In this document: piece after piece, positions 48,470 to 58,361 of the stretch
Layout of the letters: each line of letters opens with the position of its first letter
Numbering within the stretch: position 1 is the first letter of the stretch
Assembly (NCBI GenBank): GCA_017654855.1
Contig: CM030332.1
Span: 6,138,001-6,202,000, forward strand
DNA: 64,000 bases
From: Podospora anserina
Taxonomy: Eukaryota
Direction: 5' to 3'
Made by a program: the position numbers and the translations under genes
The notes under the pieces: model-generated
What the model was told of the DNA's origin: nothing
The model's input: only the letters and a program-made list of their open reading frames with translations
Databases searched by the model: none

Positions 48470-51400
48470 ATGGGACTGATGAAGATGGCTCAGCACCGGC
48501 AGGCGCCCAGCCACTTCAAGGAAGAGCCCGGTCATGACTCGGTGAGTGCCACTTTTTTCAATCTCTGTTCGCCAATCCACCCACCACCGAGAGTGCCGCA
48601 GGCGCGCTTGCCTGCTGTTAGGTAATGTCAAGCGACAATTGTCCTCAGCGCGGCATTTACTACGTGATCTCCACCGTCGAGCGTTTTCAATAGTCGCCCG
48701 AATTTACGTTTCCTTCTCAGAGTGCGATATCAATATCCAAAAAACAAAAAAAAAAAGCCAAAAAAAAGACGCCTTCGTCCGTCGATGTAGGCGCGTCGTT
48801 GATTTCCTTGGCCAATCGAGTCGGGGTCGAGTTGTTCCAGAAAACGGCTGTGCCTGTCGCAAGCCTGACTTGGAGAAGATGAGTGGTCAGGGTTGTGTGG
48901 GAATTGCAAGGGCCCTCCTGTTTCACCACCAGCCAGGGCGTCGGTAGTATGCAACAGGGGCTTGTGCCGGCGTGCGTAGTGCGCATTTGGCCTGGACGAG
49001 ATGCGCCATCAGCACCTTTTTGTGCCATACCCTCACAGTACATCGGCACCATCCTATTCCTTTTCCACCATCCGGCCTCTCCAAATTGGCACAGGTGTGG
49101 TTGCTGGCTGTTGGCCTGAGCATGCCGCGCCGGCATTGGGTTCAACGGTGCAACTCAATTCATAGCCTACGACAAGTGACAGCTGTCCATGGAGGCCAGC
49201 GTTTGGCTTGCATGATATAGTGTGTCAGCGGTCTGGGTTCCCCAGAGTGGCGGACCGAACAGGTCATGGCCACTGTTTCCCAACGGCGGTGTGGCTGGGA
49301 TGCTGGCGCCGTACCGATGGCCTTCCCCTGTACCCCAAACCTTACCCTTCCCCCATCACCCAAGGCGTCGCAAATGCCGTATCAAAAGATCAGGGCAAAA
49401 AGAAACGGATCGAGCGATCGCGGCGCTTCACCTGGAAATCTCATGTCGGACCTGGATGGTGGCCCATTCACCGGAGTCAGGTGTGCACGCTGACGACACT
49501 CGTGCGACGGTCTCGCCATGTCCATGGTACCTCTGCTGTGTACTCGGTACATGCGCTGGGTGTTCTAGAGTCGTGGTTGGAGTCAGTCGCACCGTTGGCA
49601 AGTGGGGTTTTGGAGGCAACTCACCGTGTCCTGTGGGGCATTCTCTCAAGCGTGTGTGGTGGAGCCACCCGCTGAGTGGTTCCGCGCAGAGTGGGAGGGA
49701 GACAGGGACAACACGTTCCGCAGCACCCTCCCCCGGTGTGCCTCCGGCCAGGGTCCACACATGGGCGCAAGTTTTCTCGGAAGCATGACCTCGCTGTCTC
49801 GGCTGCAGCAAAGAAAGCTGCTGCAAATGTCATCCCAAATGACGGGACTGCGAGGTATCTCGTACCTCAGTCCGGGCATGCGTTCTGTGTCCTGCGCGGG
49901 TGCTGTGTCCCATCAGCGAGTTGCTGTGATGCCCCATGCCCAGCCCCTCCGGTGCTTACAGGCGAATCCAATGCGCAGCCCTCTGGGCTTCCCAAAGAGC
50001 GGTACGTATCGGCGACCTGCTGCGGGACTTCCATGTTCCATTGGAGTGCCGTGTTCTCGAGTGGGAGAAGAGAGCCGGCCTGCCAGTGCAGGGATTGGCC
50101 CAGGAGCCCGCTGGGGACCCGCATGTGCACACCCGCACCTCACCGCCCCTTGTCCTTGCCCCAGATGATGAAAGCGCACACACAGAAGACACGCAGAAAA
50201 GACAGAACACACGCAGAGACGGGCCTGCCAGGAAAACGAGAGCAAACCACACACTGGGCTTGCCCTTTCAGTGGCTAGCTCCGGCCTGCCAGTCCCGGTT
50301 GGGCAATAGTCATGACCCTCGGCTCTGCAGGCGTTCCGCCATTGGCCATTTCATCTAAAAATGCAGTCGTCCCCCCTGCCCGCGTTTCTTTCAAGCCCTT
50401 GTCCTACCACACAACCAAAGGAGAATTCCTTTCCTTCACTCTGGTCAGGTTCAGGGCTTTGAGGCTTCTCTTCGGTCTTCTCAGCCCCCGGTCTGGTCAG
50501 CGAGACAGAGGACGTTGAATCTCAAGCATCATTATCATTCTTGTTGCCCCCTGTTCAATCTCATCATTCTTGACCTTCTCCTGGTCCGGAGCCCCATCTT
50601 CCCATTCTCCTCCTGGCCGTCCCCAGTCGGTACATAATACAGCCATCCCCACAAAATAGCGACTCCCTTCTACACCTTCATCTCTAGTCGACCATCTCCT
50701 CTGTGGCCACGCCGCAGCACTGCATATCTGGTTAGTAGCCATCACGATCCCCCCCTTTGCTCCCCTCCATGCGGTGTTATCTTGATGGAATGCCACCATG
50801 CCATTGAGAGAACACCCAGGTGGCAATCTCGAAACCTCGGGAGGTGATTCCGAGCATTTGCTGCTCCACTAGGTGGGTAGCATTGGCCTCCCTGGCTCCT
50901 CACAGTCGGTTTGGATGCCGGATGATGGGAGCCCTGTCGTACTGTACAAATCCCACCCAAATCCCCGAGGCTAACCCGCCTCGTCCGTGGATCCCTCGTC
51001 CTTTTTTTTTCAGGGGACCGACACATCTTCCCGGCTGCCCAGACCTTGCACGCGGTTCAGGTTGAGAAAAAAAAGCACAACATTCCCAGACGCGTCTGCG
51101 GCGCTCCAGAACACACACACACACATGGTCTTTTTTTGTCTAGCAAGCAACCCTGTACCGTGAAGACTAATGGTTGTCTCCTCTATGCAGCATCACACCC
51201 ACCATCAACAACAACAGGGTCCTGTTCCTCCTCATCTGCAGCATTCTCGCCCCTCTAGCATTGTTCATCAACAGCATCACAGTCAAGCCCCAGCGCAACA
51301 ACAGCAATCCCACTCGAGCGCGTATTCGTCCGGCCACTCGGTCTATCAACCGCAGTCTCAGGCAAGCAACGCTCAAGAACATTCGCTGTCGTACTACGGA

Positions 51401-54225
51401 CACCAGCCGAGCCCGTACAGCACGCCGGGTGCGACTAGCGGGTACACTTCCGCAGGTGGGTGAAAATTTCTCGTGGGTTTGGAACTTCAACCCCAAACTC
51501 AAAACCACACGCTCGACAAACTGGCTAACGTCGACTTGTAGACACCGGAGACATGATGGCTGCAACCATGCCGAGACCACCGTATCCCCCAATGTCATCC
51601 TACCACACTCCTCAGTCCAACTCGCCCGCCTCGGTAGCATCGCCATCAGGTCATGATCAGCAGAGAAGCATGTATGGACAGCCTCCTTCGCAATTACACC
51701 AGCAGTCAATGTACTATGGCGGGCCTCAGCAACAGTACTCGTCCATGTCGGCGCAGACTGCTTCTTCCCCGTACGCTCAACACCCGCAGCAATCACACCA
51801 GTCTATGGCCTCTCAACCGAGCATGATGATGTCTCACACGGCTCCTCAGCACCAGATGAGCCACCACACCTCGCAGCACTCGCAGGCTGGCATGACGGTC
51901 AGCCCTCGGCCCGGAAAGATTGAGACTCATGGTCTCACTAACCGGATACCTGGACCCTCTGCTCCCGTCTCCATCGGTAGCGCCTCATCCACTGGTCCTC
52001 AGAATGGTGCTCCTCTTACCGCGCCAGCTGGCGGAGCTGCTGGCGTGAATCCCAACGCTGCCCCCGGACCTATCCCCGCCACCACGCCCCTTGTGGTCAG
52101 GCAAGATACCAACGGAGTACAGTGGATTGCGTTCGAGTACTCTCGTGACAGAGTCAAGATGGAGTACACGATTCGCTGCGACGTGGAATCGGTGAACCAG
52201 GATGAGCTGTCGGCCGAGTTCAAGACGGAGAACTGCGTGTATCCGCGCGCTTGCTGCCCCAAGGACCAGTACCGCGGAAACCGCCTTGTGTACGAGACCG
52301 AGTGCAACTCTGTGGGCTGGGCTTTGGCCCAACTCAACCCGCCTCTCCGCGGCAAGAGAGGTCTGATTCAGCGGGCTGTTGACAGCTGGCGCAACAGCAA
52401 CCAGGACCCGAGACTCAGAAGTCGTCGCGTCCGACGAATGGCCAAGATGAACACGCGCAACAGCAAGGCTGGTTCAACGACACCGCATGCCACCCACATT
52501 GGTACCCCAACCGGCCCAGGGATGCCCACCCCAACGGGCATGGGAGCGAGCGGCAACCCGGCGATTGGCAAGCCCGGCATGGGCGGCATGAACTCGTCGA
52601 TTCACCACCACCACGGCCAGCAGGATGGGAGTGCCCAGGGGGGAGATGAAGTCGGTATGTTTCACCAGATGGCCTGAAGCGCGCGCGTTTGTTCGTGATT
52701 AAGTGTGATACCTCTTCAAACCGCTCTGCCTTGCTCGTGTTTCTTTTTTGTTCTGTCGGTTACTGTTGCGTTATTGGGTTTTTCCGTCTTTTTTACAGGG
52801 AGTTTCTAGTCGTTTTGTTTTTCCTTTTTTACCTGTTATATACCGGCTCGGCGACATTACAAAATCTCGAGCACACCGCATCTGGGGCAACCACAGGAAC
52901 CTGGTACAAAAGAAAGATCTGTACATTACACTAGTTGCGCGTTTGCTGTTGTTGTTGTTGTTAGTTTTGTTTTTGCTGGTTTTCGGTCGTCGTCGTTTTC
53001 GTCGTCTGGCTGCTGGCACTGCACCATCACAGCATTCGCTTTGTTCACACATATCAACCAGCACCTTTTTTCATCACACACACTATACACACACACACAA
53101 CACATACATGTCAATTGCCTCACACTCTGAGCAAAACGGAGTGCCCTATCTGACGGGGCTTTGAAAACCTGTTCTGTACAAGAACGAAAAAGCACCCCCC
53201 TTGTTTGTATCCCTGCTTCTCGTTTGGAGGGTTCGCGAGTTCTTGCTGCTGTTTTCGTGGTTTGGGAAGCATCACACTTACCATGATCTGACGCGTGTCG
53301 TTTTTGATACGTGGCAGCACGTATTCTCTCCTCCCTCTCTTCTCTCTGCCTTCTCCGCGGGGGGGGGGGTTGGGGGGGTTGATTGAGGGGGAGGGGGAGA
53401 GCAAGTTGTTATGTCATTGGTTGAGAACATGTTTCACTAACGGATTTATTTTCTCATGTCTTATAGGCGACGGAGATTCCTACATGGACGAGCAACAGCA
53501 TCACCACCACCATCAACCCCCTACCCAGGCTGGATCTGCCTCGGGGTCCGAAGACCGTCCTTCTCAGGTTTTCACCGGCTACGGCTCCTACAATGGCGCG
53601 CCCACCCACGCTGGCTCGTCCAACTCGATGTCGATTCACGACCAGCTGAGCGGCTCGCCTCATGCCAGCGGCGGCGGCGGCGCGATTGCGACTCGCAGGA
53701 TGAGCGCCGGGCGTGATCCCCGGGATGACGAGCCCGAGGATTTGTTCCCCGATATCCCCGAGGCCAAGAAGCGCAAGTTTATTCTGGTCGAGGACTCCGA
53801 CAGGCAGAGCCGCCTCCGGGTGCGCGTCACGCTGGACGGCGTGGACACGCGCGAGATTCCCGATAGCTTCCGCAAGAGCAGCAGTGTTTATCCCAGGTCG
53901 TACTTCCCCCGGGAGATGCAGAGCCCGCCCCCGAGCGCGACGGGAAGCAAGTTTTTCTTGGACGACGCGAGTGATCATGACGGCAACGAGGACGATGGGA
54001 CGACCGATACCGAGGGTCGCCGTGCTGGTCGCGGCGCCAGAAGCAGAGGTCGGACCATGGTCAAGGTTCCCATGGGCGAGGGCCAGGAAGGAGAGGTGGC
54101 CATTCCGAGGATGAGGAAGGGGTTTAGGGGGAAGGAGGTGAGGCTGAATGATTTGGGGTATCGGATGGCTTGGTTGCAGAGTAGGGTTTTTGCAGGGAGG
54201 ACGGTGTTTTTGCAGCGAGCTTGTA

Positions 54226-54265
<40 letters not shown>

Positions 54266-54440
54266 GCGAAGATTATGTACTGACATGTCGGTAGTGGATT
54301 GCTACAGAAACAAGACCCGAAGCGCCATGGAGTCGGTCATGCAAGACGTCAAGACGGCGGCGCCGCACTACGAGACGCGAGTCGGCAAGAGAAAGTGGAA
54401 CGATCGGATGCGCGGGGGGGAGAAGAAGGAGGACGATTAG
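48470..54440 (+). CDS. Uncharacterised fungal protein with a Q/H/S/P-rich N-terminus and two diverged copies of one domain; predicted exons 48470-48541, 51191-51455, 51542-52654, 53467-54222 and 54295-54440
   Basis: All splice junctions are canonical and phase-compatible (about 783 aa). Domain 1 is VQWIAFEYSRDRVKMEYTIRCD..VYPRA..RGLIQRAVDSWRN; domain 2 is RVRVTLDGVD..VYPRS..VFLQRALDCYRN. The first exon is inferred, and ATG 51170 is an alternative start. Confidence 0.8.
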
Positions 54441-55073
54441 TTTCTGTCTTCCACCTTGCGCGACGTCTCTTTTTCTTGCGGAACCACTTTCATGGACAAC
54501 GACGACGACGTTTATGAGCATGAGCAATGAGCATGTGAGCTGGCCGTCTTTCTCCTGGCAGCACAATCCAAAAGTTCACGACTCTCTTGCAGAAGAGGAA
54601 AAAAAGCATCGGCATCAATCATCATTCGTCTTGTTGAGCGGGATATTGTCAAAGTTTGTTTCGCTTGTTTTTTTTTTTTTTTCAGTTTCGGCATTGGCAT
54701 TGGGGGCATTTCATGTGGTGTGGAGGAAGGGGAAGGGGAAGGGGGGTGGAAAATGGGGGGATGGTTTGGTGGCATTTGTGTTTTACAAGTTTTTGTCGTT
54801 TGGGTGTGTTTTTTGTTTTGGGGGGGAGGATGGAGTTGTTGTTGTTGTTGTTGGTATACGAAGAGACAAAAACATGGCGTATAGTTGTACCTAGATAGAT
54901 GTATGTAGTGAAGGGGGGGAAAGGGGACGTGGTTGTGTAAGAAAAGTACTTGGGGTGTGTCAGAGTGTTTGTGGGTAGACAAAAAAAATACATAAAAGTT
55001 AAATTGCAGGTCTGTTGGTTGTTGTTATTCTGTGTCGTGTGGTGGTTCGGGATTTGGGTGGTGATGTGAAAAG

Positions 55074-55074
55074 T

Positions 55075-55109
<35 letters not shown>

Positions 55110-55116
55110 TGAGTGT

Positions 55117-55155
<39 letters not shown>

Positions 55156-55171
55156 TGTGTGTGTGTGTGTG
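55074..55171. repeat. Compound (GT)n-(GA)n-(GT)n microsatellite
   Basis: Directly visible, upstream of the SnoaL-like gene. Confidence 0.9.
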
Positions 55172-55320
55172 TTGTCCCCCTTTCTCTGTGGTCGGGGAAA
55201 CGTGACGGAGGTCCGGAGTGCCCTTGTTGAACCCGACTTTCCTCTGTTATTCTTGCATCCCATCTCTGGTTTTCTATATCTTTCCCACTCGTTTCTATCC
55301 AGAGTAGATACCATCCCAAA

Positions 55321-55848
55321 ATGGCCTCCCAACAACAACCAGCAGCAGCAGCAGCAGCAGCACAGCAAAGCGAACCCCTCCGCTTCACCCCCCACGACAC
55401 CTCTCCAGAACAACCCCAGCAACAGCAAAACAAACCCCCTTTCTCCTCTGCCAGAGATCTGCTGGAGTACCTCTACGAAGACGTAACCCGCCTCTCCCAG
55501 ATCGCCACAGAGAACTGCGTCCTCCACCCGGCAGACAACTCCCTGCCCCCCTGCCTCGGAGTCGCCGCCTGCCAGGCCCACGAGGAGGAGCTGCTCAAGA
55601 CAACGAGGGGGACGCTAAAGATGAGGGTGGAGAGCATCACGCTCAGCTCCTCACACGAGTTTGGGTGCGTGATGGGCAAATTTGAGCTCGGGGGCGGGGA
55701 GGTGAAAGAGACGTTTTGTGGGGTTTGGAGGTTTGAGATGGGGACGACGGATGGGGAGGAGGTGAGGGCGGTGGAGCATTGGGAGAATCTGACTCCGGAG
55801 GGAAGGAGGAGGGTGGCTGAGTGGGTTGCGGGTGGGTTGAAAAACTGA
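55321..55848 (+). CDS. SnoaL/NTF2-like fold protein (putative)
   Basis: 175 aa with a good start context (CAAAATGG). The pattern LEYLYED..ENCVLHP..FCGVWRF..RAVEHWEN resembles NTF2-like cyclase/isomerase folds. Confidence 0.65.
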   Translation: MASQQQPAAAAAAAQQSEPLRFTPHDTSPEQPQQQQNKPPFSSARDLLEYLYEDVTRLSQIATENCVLHPADNSLPPCLGVAACQAHEEELLKTTRGTLKMRVESITLSSSHEFGCVMGKFELGGGEVKETFCGVWRFEMGTTDGEEVRAVEHWENLTPEGRRRVAEWVAGGLKN

Positions 55849-56212
55849 GGGAGTGGTGAGGAAAATAGCATGTTCCAAGTAAGGTGATATATCAACACAG
55901 AGGGCATCATCACACGGGTCAGAAACTCAACTAGCTATTCGTATGCTTATCAAAAAAAGGAAAAAAGAGAGATGGGAAAATGTACATGTTCAAGCTTATC
56001 ATGTGTGCAAACCCCAAAACCCCCTCCACATCACACACAATCTATATTTCCCACCACCCCCCACCTAAACATATTCCTTGCCCTTCCTCTTCCTACTCTT
56101 CCCCAAACCACCACTCCATCCCCTCCATGTCCTCCTCCTCCCCCTCTTCAACCTCCCCATCTTCTCCAACCACTCCCTATACCAGCTAACCTCCCCCTGA
56201 TCCAACCCCCCC

Positions 56213-56803
56213 TCAATACACACCACCAACCACAGCAGCCTTCGCCCCCAGCTCCCTCCGCAAGCCCTCCCACTCCCCCCTCTGCGCCTCGAGCAATCTC
56301 TTCCTCTCCCACATCTGCCACTGAAACATCCCACTCAGCTCAAACTCGACAAACTGGCTAAAATCCGCCAGCTCCCTCATCTGCCACTCCGTTACCTCAC
56401 CCAGATTCACATGCCTCGGCCTCCCGCTCCTTCCCACCTCCACCGCCGGCACCCCCAAGATATCAGCGATATTCCTCGCATGCCTCTGCCTCGCGGCCGC
56501 GACCTGGGCGCGGAACCTGCTGTTCAAAGCAGCAAACTGCGCGACGTGCCGCCTGTGGAGCGAGACAAGTGCTCTGGCCTGATAGGCCGTCAAGGTATTT
56601 GCAAAAGAAGAAGACGAAAGGGCAGGGTCGAGGACACCGGCGGTGCCACGGGAGTGGGATGATTGCGGTCTGGGAGGGGGGTATTTAGTCTGCTTAGTTG
56701 CCGGCGGAGGAGGGGGGATTCCGGTGTGGAAGAGCGAGGCGGTCGAGGGGTACAGCGTCTGAAAGCCCTCCTCGGTCATTCTTTTGGTAAAAAAAAGATG
56801 GCG

Positions 56804-56838
<35 letters not shown>

Positions 56839-57256
56839 ACGTGGTGATAGGATAAGGCACAAAGTCATTATCTTCGTCATCGCCGTAGTAATCATTGTCG
56901 TTGTTGTTGTCCTCATAGCCATGAGACTCGCTCCATTTTTCATACCACCTTTCCAGCTCCTCGCCCAGCTCCTCGTCCACAAACTCACCATCCTCCCAGC
57001 GCTCCATTTGATCGGTGTGGAAGCCCGAGCCCGGAGGCATTGCCAAAGGCGCAGCGGCTGCATCTAGATAACTTATGTCGAACCCAGGCTTACTGCTGCC
57101 CACTTGTCCTTGGTGCCGATTGAAAGAAACGGCATCATTGAATGCCCCAGTGGCTTGATGACGACAAGGAGCAGCCTTGGCAACAACAACAACAACAGCA
57201 ACAACCACCACCAGCCCAGCCACCACTTGAAGCAATCGTACGTGGAGGTTCGGCAT
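56213..57256 (-). CDS. Hypothetical, possibly secreted or membrane-anchored low-complexity protein
   Basis: 347-aa ORF with a Val-rich hydrophobic N-terminus, acidic and poly-N tracts, a helical C-terminus and a G-rich 3' end like neighbouring genes. No recognised family. Confidence 0.55.
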
Positions 57257-58361
57257 AATCCCCTCCAGTAAAGCTACCTATCTCACGCCTCGATATGGCA
57301 ACCCGACAAGACCATGAGGTTCTGACAGCGACGGTGATAATCCACAAGAGGGCCGTTGGTACAACGAACAACAAATGCGTGTGTTTTCAGGTCAAAGAAA
57401 TAATGATACAAAAGAAACACAAATACAGAGAAGCGGCTATGCTGGCGAGAAGCAGATAGACAGTACTTGAGAGAAACTTCTCCTTCATATTCCGACAAAG
57501 CGGTGGCCGCGAGTAAGAGCTAGGAACCGAGGAACCGAGGAGGTGAAGGGTGTTTGTTGATCGAGTCTGCGGACATCCCCATGGGGATATCAAAAGAAAA
57601 GATGTTATCACGGTCCCAAGAACTTGTGAAGTGAGGTACACCAGCCAAAAGATAAAGCAAGGGATAGGGGGCGCTCCGCTTGGAGCTAGGCCATGGTCTG
57701 AAGGCTTGCGGGAGCTTCCCCGGATGCCTGAGTCGAAGATCAGTGATGGCGATTCTGGTTGACGCGAATACTGGGGGCGGTGAGATGTGTTATATGCTAC
57801 AGGAGAAGTAGTGTAATCTAGACGACGGAAGATTCTCAGATTCGAACCTGAACGAGCCGGGGGTGCTGGTGCGCCAGACTAAAGCAGAATGAGTAGGTAT
57901 CTGCAAAAGACGATGCAGCGAGAGAAAAGCTCAACGGGTCGTGCTTCGGAGACAAGCAAGTGGGTGTGCCGCTCTTGGCCGAATGAGCCAGTGGCCTATC
58001 CTCGGAAACCTTGGGGAAGGAGGAGTCTTCAACCCAACTCGACACCTACGCTAAAACCAACGTTAAACCGACTGCTCATGCCTGTGTTGTTCAATCCAAG
58101 ATCGAGGATTTATAAGAGATCACAAGACGATGATGCCTGACTCACAGACAAGACACATGTTAACAACCAAAACAGATCTTTATGTTAACCTTTCCAAACA
58201 GCGCTTTTGCCTCCTACCAATCCGTTCCAATTCAGTCCATCTATATTAGACCCAAATCCCAAACCCCGCTCAGCCAAACAAAACGTATATTCAAACACAT
58301 GGAAAGAAATTGTCAGAACTTCATGCCATCATCACACTCATCATCATCATCATCACCACTC

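Noticed and set aside
51170-51190. ATG 51170 (MVVSSMQ) as the sole start of the two-domain gene
   Set aside because: The sequence doubles as a branch point and acceptor in phase with an upstream coding exon. It is kept only as a possible alternative start.
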